Shown piece after piece: positions 1 through 8,822 of a DNA stretch of 36,586 nt (the first letter of the stretch is position 1; the number at the start of each line of letters is the position of its first letter). The DNA comes from Licmophora abbreviata. Taxonomy: Eukaryota. The translations under genes were made by a program, and so were the position numbers. The stretch spans positions 1 through 36,586 of the forward strand of contig OLMU01002625.1 in assembly GCA_900291995.1 (NCBI GenBank). The letters are read 5' to 3'. The notes under the pieces were generated by a model. That model saw nothing but the letters and a program-made list of their open reading frames with translations. It did no database searches and was not told the origin of the DNA.

Positions 1-1438
1 AGTCGTCTGAAAGTTGAGCCTGTTTGGCAATCCTTTGAAGTGTGGCTCCGACAGAACACACGAAGAAAGCTATGGAAGCCGTTAGTGTCGACAGCTTGGT
101 CCCGCTCTCCAATCCAGATTCGAACTGCTCTCTGCGGAAATGAGCGACGAGAGTTCGGATTGATGCCACCGCGACGGGGGGAAGGTCCAGATTTCGAATC
201 GAATGCTCCACGAACTTGCTCGTCGAGAAGGGAGCGAATGAGTGTCGTTCGACCGACAGCGTTTGGCTTTTGATCGCTCCCAGAGCGCCGAAGCTGGCTG
301 CACTTGCAAACCCAGGAAAGAGGGCCTTGATCTCGTTCATAGCGCGTGAACAATGTTTCGGTTTTACGAAAGGGTCGCTTGCAATTGTCGCTACTATAGA
401 TGCATCATCATCGCATAGCTGGACACTGGAGCAAACTTCCGCCAGTGACCGCGTCCAACCAAGTTTTCTCGCAGTAAGGAACAGCAACGCCGATCCAAGA
501 GCACCCATTTGTTTCAACTTGTTGTATCGCAAAAAGAGTTCCGATGGATCGTCCTCCTTGTCATTTTTCCGTTTAGTAGATGAAATACGTCTCGACACGC
601 CCCGTACGGATATCCCATCACGCTTTGTGGCGTACTGACACAAAATGGCCGAGGCCTCATGTAGGACCCGAATCGGCAAATGCAATCGATTCGACGCGGT
701 GCAAAGCATACGATACGCCTTAAAAAGATCTCGCGAGGCTTGTAGCAAACCCTTATCGAGCCTTTGAGAAAGATCGTCGCGCTCAGTTTCGCGTTCCATG
801 TGTGACGCCTGTCGAAAGACTTTAGACGAGCCGGCGTCTTCGTCGCGGCCATGCAGCAACAATGCACGATCCAAAGACCACTTTTCAGTATACAACGCAG
901 AACGGATGCGCTCCGCCTCCTTTTCTTCCTGTATCAGTACCTTATCATGCTCAGGTCGAATCAAGTCGTCATCGTCGTGTACTGAGGCATGTTGGTCCTG
1001 TTGGCGATTCTGGTTTCTTCTAGCCAATTTCGATATTCTGGCTCTCTTAAGTGCCACGACATGTTGCTTGTCCATCATGCGATCAATTTTACTGTTGGAT
1101 GATATCAGAAATTTTCTTCTTTGGAGATCTTTTCCTCCTCGTGTTGCTCCGCCGTAGACATGTTTCGACAACGTCGTCGGCTGGAGTCCCCCCAGGTACT
1201 TAGTTTCGTCGACTGGGACCATTCCACATCGCGCTGCTGCAGGAAGTCCCTTAGCTAAGTCGTCAACATCGTTGAACTCTCTCCATTCGGGACGATCGTC
1301 ACGTAAACGTTCTTCGTCGACAACGCCACAGTTGGTACAGACACGATCCCCCGCAGCCCAGTCCACCACGAGGGCGGGGGAAAGACACGACCCGCACAGT
1401 CGCTCCGTGTACTCGTACGATGATTCAGGGGCAAGCAT
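1..1438 (-). CDS. Divergent TFIIB-family transcription factor (Zn ribbon, B-reader, two cyclin-like repeats); 3' end runs off the window
   Basis: Absent from the ORF track because it is open to the window edge. Manual translation from ATG 1438 gives MLAPESSYEYTERLCGSCLSPALVVDWAAGDRVCTNCGVVDEERLRDDRPEWREFND (CxxC..CxxCG zinc ribbon plus EWRxF B-reader). Later cyclin-repeat-like segments include ASNRLHLPIRVLHEAS, ALGSALLFLTARKLGWTRSLAEVC and SKFVEHSIRNLDLP. No stop down to position 2. Confidence 0.8.
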   Translation of the reverse strand, partial: MLAPESSYEYTERLCGSCLSPALVVDWAAGDRVCTNCGVVDEERLRDDRPEWREFNDVDDLAKGLPAAARCGMVPVDETKYLGGLQPTTLSKHVYGGATRGGKDLQRRKFLISSNSKIDRMMDKQHVVALKRARISKLARRNQNRQQDQHASVHDDDDLIRPEHDKVLIQEEKEAERIRSALYTEKWSLDRALLLHGRDEDAGSSKVFRQASHMERETERDDLSQRLDKGLLQASRDLFKAYRMLCTASNRLHLPIRVLHEASAILCQYATKRDGISVRGVSRRISSTKRKNDKEDDPSELFLRYNKLKQMGALGSALLFLTARKLGWTRSLAEVCSSVQLCDDDASIVATIASDPFVKPKHCSRAMNEIKALFPGFASAASFGALGAIKSQTLSVERHSFAPFSTSKFVEHSIRNLDLPPVAVASIRTLVAHFRREQFESGLESGTKLSTLTASIAFFVCSVGATLQRIAKQAQLSDD

Positions 1439-1850
1439 GGCGCTGGACGACGAAGAGCTCAGACTCGTTATACCGGTACGCAGGGGACTAGGATTCTTGC
1501 TCTTGTGGGACGACTTGGTATGGTGCAGCAAGGCAGTTCACGATTTCGTGTTGCGAAATCGAAATTGGTGGCGGGAAGGCATCGTCATCGAAAGCCGCGG
1601 TATGATATGATACAGGAATCTTGCTATATATTCTCACATTTTCGACTATTTTGTGAGCTAGTTACAAATTCTGTCGATTTTGGTCGATTCCATCGCAGCC
1701 ACCCATCAACATCTGAAAACATCATCGGCGCATCTTGAATCTGCATCACATCACTGCATTTGTTCTTTGGGATACCGCGGTATACCGGCAGTGCACGACG
1801 CCTTCCCCGCCGACGTTTGTGGATGCAAAGCATCGAGCGTTAACTTTGAG

Positions 1851-3569
1851 ATGCAGAAGAGGCATTTTTTTACGAAGAGACGTCTCAGAAGGATCCAGAT
1901 GGCCACCCTCGCCGTCGCGGCACTCGTCGCATCACCCATGGCAGCGTTTACATCAGTACGGACTCAGCCACAACGTCAACTTGGAAATTCCTTTGGTTAT
2001 ATCGCAGAACCTCTCCGCAATCGACGGATATGGATTCACTCCGGTGACAACGATCTCTTTTGCGACAACGAAGACGACGACACCTGGGACGCAACGCAGC
2101 CCGGACCGTCTGCTCGAAACAGAAATGGTGGCAGAGGAGACACAACAAGCCACCATGAGTCTCACTTTTTCAGTAAGAAGCCACTGCAGGATCCTGCCTT
2201 CCGTACTAGCAAGGTCTTTGATCGTCTTTGCGAGGGGGTTGGCATTACGCGACCGTCCCGCATCCAATCATTGGCGTGGCCGGCGTTGCTGGATGGAAAG
2301 CACGCCATCATTGCAGACCAAACTGGATCGGGCAAGACTCTGGCTTATCTCATGCCACTATTGCAGCGAGCTCTGTCCTCCATTGCACGGGATGGAACGA
2401 AAGGGCGAACGAATGGAGCGCCTCGTCTGCTGATTCTTGCGCCAACAGCTGAACTGGCCGATCAGATCCATGCTGTGTGTCTCAAACTGTCTCAGCAGGT
2501 CCCATTCAAGACTATGGTCGTGACAGCATCGGGAAAGTATGCAACATCCATCCGTGATCAGATTCGTATGCTGCGACGTCAACCAGTTGACGTCTTGATT
2601 TCAAGTCCTGGCCGTGTCGCTACGATACTCCGGAGTCGTAATTCCGGTCTAGATCTGACTGCACTACAGAGCATTGTGTTGGATGAGGTTGATGTGCTGA
2701 TGATCGACGAGACGTTTGGTCCTCAGCTACGTACAGTCGGTGTAGCAGCGCCCCTCGAGCGAACTCAGTTTGTGTTTGTCACGGCGACGCTCCCTGATAC
2801 CGTCGTTGACACTGTGGAACGTGAGTTTCCCGGTGTTGTCCAAGTGCGGGGTCCGGGGTTGCATCGCGTGGCGTTGACTGTTAAAGAACACTTGGTGGAT
2901 GTGTCAGTGCCGTCGAAGTTCAATCGAGATACTAAGCTTTGTTTTGACGTCAAAGCAAAACAGTTGCTAAAAGCGTTGCGGCAGAATCGCTCGCGACGCA
3001 CTTTGATTTTCTGCAATACTGTCGAAAGTTGTCGATCAGTCGAGAATCTTTTGAGACGGAAAGATCGCAAAGGGCAGATACTACAAGTTGGGGCGTACCA
3101 TAATGCTATGACACCTGAGAACCGCAATGAGAACTTGGCCGCATTTGCTCGTGCCAGAGATAGCAGTGGAAAAGCGGCCGACCAGCTGCTGATCTCGACG
3201 GAGCGAGCGGCACGAGGTGTAGACTTTGAGGCAGCACCGGTTGATCATGTCATTCTATTCGACTTTCCCAAAGATCCAGCGGAGTATATCCGCCGAGTAG
3301 GAAGAACGGCTCGGGCGGGACGAATAGGTACGAGCACAGTGTTTGCCTATGGCTGGCAGCTCCCGATTGCACGGAAGATTATGGGCAGCAAGCTGGATAG
3401 CTTTACTGTTGCCGTCGACGATATTGATAGCGACGACGAGTACCGGGGAGGTGTCCAAGGCCGACGAAAGCAAAACTTCTCGAAGAAGTCGGGCAAAGAG
3501 AGAGAATTCTTGATTAAGGGCAATATTGAAGGTGGCCAGTTGTGGAAGCGCGACAAGAATCACCGCTAA
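1851..3569 (+). CDS. DEAD-box RNA helicase, RH50-like, probably plastid-targeted
   Basis: Q motif (PSRIQ), QTGSGKT, PTAELA, SPGR, DEVD, TAT, ARGVDF and RVGRTAR. The DEVD/FVTATLP variants resemble plant plastid RH50. Presequence ATLAVAALVASPMAA-F. Start is ATG 1851 or 1899. Confidence 0.9.
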   Translation: MQKRHFFTKRRLRRIQMATLAVAALVASPMAAFTSVRTQPQRQLGNSFGYIAEPLRNRRIWIHSGDNDLFCDNEDDDTWDATQPGPSARNRNGGRGDTTSHHESHFFSKKPLQDPAFRTSKVFDRLCEGVGITRPSRIQSLAWPALLDGKHAIIADQTGSGKTLAYLMPLLQRALSSIARDGTKGRTNGAPRLLILAPTAELADQIHAVCLKLSQQVPFKTMVVTASGKYATSIRDQIRMLRRQPVDVLISSPGRVATILRSRNSGLDLTALQSIVLDEVDVLMIDETFGPQLRTVGVAAPLERTQFVFVTATLPDTVVDTVEREFPGVVQVRGPGLHRVALTVKEHLVDVSVPSKFNRDTKLCFDVKAKQLLKALRQNRSRRTLIFCNTVESCRSVENLLRRKDRKGQILQVGAYHNAMTPENRNENLAAFARARDSSGKAADQLLISTERAARGVDFEAAPVDHVILFDFPKDPAEYIRRVGRTARAGRIGTSTVFAYGWQLPIARKIMGSKLDSFTVAVDDIDSDDEYRGGVQGRRKQNFSKKSGKEREFLIKGNIEGGQLWKRDKNHR

Positions 3570-3673
3570 GAAAATAGTCTCGTTTATGGCTGATTACGGC
3601 TGCCTTTTGATATTATGAGAAATATGTCCTATTTCGCTTTTCGAAAGCGATCGCTGGGATGAATGTATGCTGG

Positions 3674-4795
3674 TTATGAGAATGAGATAGATTCGAAGAG
3701 AAATTCTTCGTCGTCGCTCGTCTCGCTCATACCTTCCCGACGCCTATTGGGTTCTTTCTTCTTCCGTCGGGAGGTGATACTACGAGCCACAGTATTGGAT
3801 GAACGTGAGTGACGAATTTGCCACTCAAACCCAATTTTGTTGAGCTTGGAGAATCGCTCAGGAGTCATGGCCGAAGATTTGCCTGCCCAGTACAACTTGT
3901 AAAGTCGTCGCTGACACTTGACCCACGTCGACAGCTGCCTATTCTCGTCCCAGTTGGAAGGAACAAGTGTATCCCCATACTCTTTCTTGTACTGACTAAG
4001 CTCTTCAAGACGCTCTTCCCAAACTGCTTCATGAGCATCCCATACGAACTCGATGTCGCCAAGCATTTGAATGCGATCCTCTGTCATGGCCGACGTTTGC
4101 CCGTCCTGCATCAACTTGTACTGTCGACGCTGTCGCTTCACCCATCGCGCGAGTTCCTTGCGCTCGTAGCCATAGGGGACGTTGCAGTGCCCATAAATTT
4201 TGCGAAACTGCAAAAGCTCGTTGAATTTGGCAGCCCATTTTTCTTCGTGGTACGGCTTGAAGCGTCGAGTGTCTCCTTGGCTCGGTTGATATGAAGATTT
4301 TATGTTTTCGGGTGAAAACCATGATGATCCTGTTTGGCTAAAGCGTCTGGCAATGTCGACGAGCGACTCGTCTGTAAACCTATCCAATCCGCGAGGCCTT
4401 TCCCTGGTGGTTGCTTCGCTAAGATTGTTGAGGAGGGTGGTAAAGGGAGGGGGGTCGTTGGATAAGCTGAACGATCCAAAATCGAAGACTGAATTCGGGG
4501 ACGCCGAGTTGAAGAGTGTGCTCGCAGTCGAAGTATTTACACTCAAGGAAGGGGGAGCAAACTGAGTTTTAAAGTTTGACAAGGAGCTGCTCGAAGCAGC
4601 AAAGCTTGATGACATAGATGACACCGGATACGAGACAATGCTTGCATTCGACGTGCGAAGCGATAGTCTGCGAACTGGGTCAAAGATCGACGGATCGAGG
4701 CTCTCATTCAGCATTTCGCTCATAGCGGGTTGGGATGCAAGCTGAGATATGATGTATGCATCATCAAGTGGCATGTTCTCGTTGTTGGCGGCCAT
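3674..4795 (-). CDS. Helicase-associated (HA) domain protein with two tandem HA repeats
   Basis: Repeats KWAAKFNELLQFRKIYGHCNVP..LARWVKRQRRQY..RIQMLGDIEFVW and WEERLEELSQYKKEYGDTLVP..LSTWVKCQRRLY..RFSKLNKIGFEW, after a Ser-rich N-terminus. Likely start MAANNEN (4795); the ORF is open to 4930. Confidence 0.85.
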   Translation of the reverse strand: MAANNENMPLDDAYIISQLASQPAMSEMLNESLDPSIFDPVRRLSLRTSNASIVSYPVSSMSSSFAASSSSLSNFKTQFAPPSLSVNTSTASTLFNSASPNSVFDFGSFSLSNDPPPFTTLLNNLSEATTRERPRGLDRFTDESLVDIARRFSQTGSSWFSPENIKSSYQPSQGDTRRFKPYHEEKWAAKFNELLQFRKIYGHCNVPYGYERKELARWVKRQRRQYKLMQDGQTSAMTEDRIQMLGDIEFVWDAHEAVWEERLEELSQYKKEYGDTLVPSNWDENRQLSTWVKCQRRLYKLYWAGKSSAMTPERFSKLNKIGFEWQIRHSRSSNTVARSITSRRKKKEPNRRREGMSETSDDEEFLFESISFS

Positions 4796-4912
4796 TTTAA
4801 TGCTTGAGTTGGACCGAAGGGGGCACTGATGAAGCGAGACAAACTGGAGATTTGTGAGCGGTTCCAACACAACCGCATACAAGCGCGTTGGGAATGTCTT
4901 GACATTTGTATT

Positions 4913-5065
4913 ATGACTTTCTACAGGCATTCACATATCCCTCAGGTCATTTCCATGACTCCGAGTTTAATTTGTTTAAACAGTATCATATATAAAGAAA
5001 TGACTATATTCTACAGGCTGCCCATCATCTGAAACGTCATGACTATCCATAATGACTTGGTGACG
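4913..5065. promoter_or_regulatory. Cluster of ATGACT/TGAC motifs in the divergent promoter between the HA gene and the TGR gene
   Basis: ATGACT at 4913, 4955, 5000, 5039 and 5052, a GTCATGAC palindrome at 5036-5043, and a duplicated ATGACT..TTCTACAGGC block. Regulatory function is inferred. Confidence 0.35.
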
Positions 5066-5236
5066 CCCGCGTTCGTTGGGAAAGAGCGCGCTATATTAGA
5101 GAAGTCCGTCCTTCGATGCACCTTTTCCTCCGTTTGGAAGTTGAAAGTGTGAGGCGATGATGAAGTGGACAACATTCAACATACACAAGGCGCCTGGCAC
5201 AGCTGTCACGCGTCCGCTTCTCTCTTTGCTTGAATC

Positions 5237-7411
5237 ATGTCGTCTCCGAAGGTCCTTCACATTGCTGGCTGGGGATCCTGTACGTTTCCTTGTCTACTCT
5301 GGGTGAAAATAAGCGTCAACAGGGCGATCTTGGTTCCTATTGAAGGCTCCAATGGATTGTGATGGCAAATGCGGCATGCTCCGGGCTGACAATTTCTATC
5401 TACTGTACTGCTGCAGTGGGATGCTTTACTGATCGATCGTATCCTGGTTCGCCCCCTGATTCTCACTCACTGTTCGTCCTCCCTTCCACGCTCACAGGCG
5501 GATTCTACCGCAGAATTACAAGCCTCCTGAGTTCTCTTTCTTTGTTGTATCCTACCAAAGTCAAGGTCGTGCAGCATGACTTTCAAGACCGAACCAACTT
5601 CCGATCTTGGCTTATTGACGGTGGATTTCGTGACAACTTCGTCGATAGTCGGGCCCACACCCACAGCGCGTCGCCCTTTGTCTGGGTGTCGTCTGAAGCT
5701 ACTCCAGAGCCCGACGAAACTGACATTCAGGACTTTTTGGGAGGTCATGACGATACCATCAAATGGTGCCGAACTCTTCTCTCTCCTACTAGCGAGATAG
5801 CGCAACCTCCCCAAGCCATCATGGTAGACGATGGGCATGTGAAGGATCACCCTTACGATTACGACCTTGTCGTCATTGGAGGGGGGTCGGGAGGAATGGC
5901 TGCGGCAAAGGAAGCGGCAGCTCTCGGCGCCAAAGTGGCGCTATTGGATTTCGTCAAGCCTTCTCCCAAAGGAACGTCTTGGGGACTCGGCGGGACGTGC
6001 GTGAATGTCGGATGTATCCCCAAGAAGCTTATGCATTTCGGTGCGCTCTTGCACGAATCAATTAGTGCCGACACGGAAGCCTTCGGTATTACCGTGGGCG
6101 AAACGGATGGTGGCGCACAACATGAGCCCGCGATTCAACAAAAGTGGGAAGCACTGCGTGAAAACGTGCAAAACTACATTCGTGGTCTCAATTTCAAATA
6201 TCGAGTACGTCTTCGCGAAAAAGAAGTTACCTATCTCAACAAGCTCGGTACCTTCAAAGATAAGCACACCATCACAGGCGTCGACAAGAAAGGACGCGAA
6301 AGTACCATTACGTCGTCGCGTTTCTTGGTCGCCGTCGGAGGTCGTCCTCTTCCCCTGGACTGCGAGGGAGGAGAACTCGCTGTCACTTCGGATGATATCT
6401 TTGCCCTCGAGAAGAATCCGGGGAAGACGTTATGCGTCGGCGCCTCGTACATTAGCTTGGAGTGCGCAGGTTTTCTCAAAGGCTTGGGCAACGACGTCAC
6501 AGTGGCCGTTCGCAGCATTCTCCTTCGCGGTTTCGATCGCGAGTGCTCTGAAAGGATTGGAAGTTATATGGAAACTAATGGGGTCAAGTTCAAGTATCAA
6601 GTTCTTCCCAAAAAGCTCGAAAAGGTTGACGGGGATCGCATTAGAGTCACATTCACTGACGACAACGTGGACGAATTCGACACAGTTCTCGTCGCGATTG
6701 GTCGCTATGCCGACACAAAGAACTTGGGATTAGAGAGCGTCTCGGTCGAAACTAGCCCGAAAAATATGAAAGTCGCTGCCAAACTGGAACAGACGGCGAC
6801 GCCGAATGTATATGCAATTGGCGACGTGATGGACGTAAGTACTGAGTTTTGACTTGCGCAAGCTGTGCATTTCTAGCGAGAGTCTCACGAATTTGTCCGT
6901 GTTATTTCTGCATCGGAAGGGATGTCCTGAGTTGACTCCGGTGGCGATCCAAGCTGGTCTACTTTTGGCTCGTCGCCTGTTTGGGGGTAGCAATGAGTCG
7001 ATGGACTATGTCAATATTTGTACGACGGTATTTACTCCCATCGAGTACTCGTGCGTCGGCTTGTCAGAGGAAGCCGCGGCCGAAAAGTACGGAGCTGAAA
7101 ACATCGAGGTGTACCATCGAGAATTCTTGCCGCTCGAGTGGTCGATGAGCCACGGTCGGACTGGCCACAACGCCTTTACCAAGGTCATTGTCGACAAGAT
7201 GCCGGAAGAGAATGTCCTTGGCATTCACTACGTTGGACCAAACGCGGGAGAAGTCATGCAGGGCTACGGCACTGCGATGAAGCAAGGCTTGAGCTTTAAG
7301 ACGCTCACCGAGACGGTAGGTATTCATCCGACATCGTCCGAGGAGATCGTCACTCTATCCGTGACGAAGAACAGCGGCGAGGACGCAGCTGCCGGGGGTT
7401 GCTGAGGATAA
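5237..7411 (+). CDS. TXNRD: Selenoprotein thioredoxin reductase with N-terminal glutaredoxin-like domain (TGR-like); exons 5237-5279, 5498-6834, 6920-7411; Sec at TGA 7403-7405
   Basis: FAD motif GGGSGG, redox disulfide CVNVGC, NADPH motif GASYISLEC and IHPT. The C-terminus GGT TGC TGA GGA TAA reads G-C-U-G-stop. GT-AG introns at 5280-5497 and 6835-6919 give 1872 nt in frame (623 aa). The N-terminal domain has WGSCGFY, SPFVW and FLGGHDD. Confidence 0.95.
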
Positions 7412-7482
7412 GCCCTTCGAGTTTTTCGGGCAGTGCAGACTCGAATCGGTGGTGCGAGACCATTGCCCGAACTCGAAGGGCT
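7411..7482 (+). other. Long RNA stem-loop immediately 3' of the Sec-Gly-stop codons
   Basis: AGCCCTTCGAGTT (7411-7423) is the exact reverse complement of AACTCGAAGGGCT (7470-7482). After a 3-nt bulge, CGGGCAGTG pairs with CATTGCCCG (one G-U), with an inner CTCG/CGAG pair. Confidence 0.75.
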
Positions 7483-7533
7483 CTTGCCGCAGGGGTGCTT
7501 GTGGTTGAGAATTGATATCTAGATTGTGTAGAC

Positions 7534-7617
7534 GAGTCACTTCGCGAGAATGACGGTTGAGTTCCGTGTTTTGGCCCCTGGCCTGGGAACAATACCTGAC
7601 ATCGCTAATGTGAGCTT
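7534..7617 (+). promoter_or_regulatory. Candidate SECIS element (type II-like, non-canonical apical loop)
   Basis: ATGAC 7550-7554 / TGAC 7597-7600 quartet. Helix II is GGT..GTTCC/GGAAC..ACC, with an apical mini-stem GGCC-CCT-GGCC. Helix I is TCAC..GCGA/TCGC..GTGA. It lies about 145 nt after the in-frame TGA. Confidence 0.6.
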
Positions 7618-7706
7618 CACAAGTATGATCATGTTGGAGGGAAGGAAACTTTAGTTCAATTAGAGAAAGTTGTCGATGTAGTCCGCGTTGTATACTCGTA
7701 GTTGGT

Positions 7707-8822
7707 TCAGTGCTGTTTATCGGGGGACACGATAGCCCGGAGCCATCTTTCGTCGCGCTCGTCTATAGTAGCATTCCGCTGCATGTCTCGGGATAGCCAG
7801 GTCTTATGGTGTTGAACGTATTCTTCGTACACGTTACGCATTGGACTGTTCCGATCTACTAGTGTCGCGAGTGTCGATCCAGGCAGCATACACGCCTTAA
7901 TCTGGTTTCCGCGCGAACTACGTTTTGAGAAGACTGAAGATAGGTACCACCTCGATGCCAGGAGCTCAATTCGCTCATCTACAGCTACCCATCCATGTTC
8001 GTACAGGCTATCGTAGAGCTGAATCAGGTTTCGTGGTCGCGAGTTTGTTGGCTGTAGGATCAGCTGTCGGCAACCGACACGGTCCAGTTCAGTAGCAAAA
8101 TCTGCGACCCTCGAAGGTTCTAGCAGTATCTGAAGCATAGTGTTGATACCCATTCCAGCAATGCAAACAACATTGGCCTCGCCGGGATTGAGAGCCTGAA
8201 GACCACTCCCCACTCGAAAGTCGACTGGAATAATGGTACGATCGTTTATGGACTCATATCCATTGACAGAGCGCTTGTGATTCCACTCAATATCGCTATC
8301 ATGAAGGGACTCCAAGAGTTTCTCGTGCAACGCAAGTGCACCATCACGCAATGCACATTCTGATGCGTCCACTCCGACGACACTGTCGAATTCTCCAGAC
8401 ACGGCGAGAGCCATTGCGAGAATACCGTGATCACAACCAACGTCGGCGATCGTACTCCACTCATTGTGCCCAACGCAGGCCAGCTCTACGACGTGACGAA
8501 GTCGCTGCCATGTCCTCCCCTTGTTGGCGAGAATGGCAAATGTGTCCCGGGCTAACGACAAGGCGTCTCGAGTCGCATTCGGGGAGCTTTTGTCCTCGAG
8601 GGACGCGTGTAGAACTCGGCGTCCAAGTCGTTGGGGTACGGACAGCGGCGGATGAGATCGCGTGAATAGGAAACGATGATGAGAGCCGCTGTAGCCAAAC
8701 ATGCATCCCGTTGTCTTTCGTCGACAACATGCGGATCGTATGATCGACAAGGCTCCAACACTGATTAGCCGCTGCCCCTTCATCTGCGACAGAAACATAA
8801 GCACCAACGACCACGATCTCAT
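7707..8822 (-). CDS. trmK: TrmK-like tRNA (adenine-N1) SAM-dependent methyltransferase with an N-terminal organelle-targeting-like extension
   Basis: Motifs IADVGCDHGIL, RVGSGLQAL, CIAGMG and LILQP match the TrmK family. ATG at 8822 (8825 is GTG). Confidence 0.8.
   Translation of the reverse strand: MRSWSLVLMFLSQMKGQRLISVGALSIIRSACCRRKTTGCMFGYSGSHHRFLFTRSHPPLSVPQRLGRRVLHASLEDKSSPNATRDALSLARDTFAILANKGRTWQRLRHVVELACVGHNEWSTIADVGCDHGILAMALAVSGEFDSVVGVDASECALRDGALALHEKLLESLHDSDIEWNHKRSVNGYESINDRTIIPVDFRVGSGLQALNPGEANVVCIAGMGINTMLQILLEPSRVADFATELDRVGCRQLILQPTNSRPRNLIQLYDSLYEHGWVAVDERIELLASRWYLSSVFSKRSSRGNQIKACMLPGSTLATLVDRNSPMRNVYEEYVQHHKTWLSRDMQRNATIDERDERWLRAIVSPDKQH

Noticed and set aside
5357..5394. 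Box C/D snoRNA in TGR intron 1 (TGATGG..CTGA with ATTGT/ACAAT stem)
   Set aside because: Box C is imperfect and the element is under 40 nt, too short.
5359..5497. ORF-track N-terminus of the 497-aa TrxR ORF
   Set aside because: It lies within the inferred intron 1 and starts at GTG; the spliced model gives a coherent Grx-like domain.
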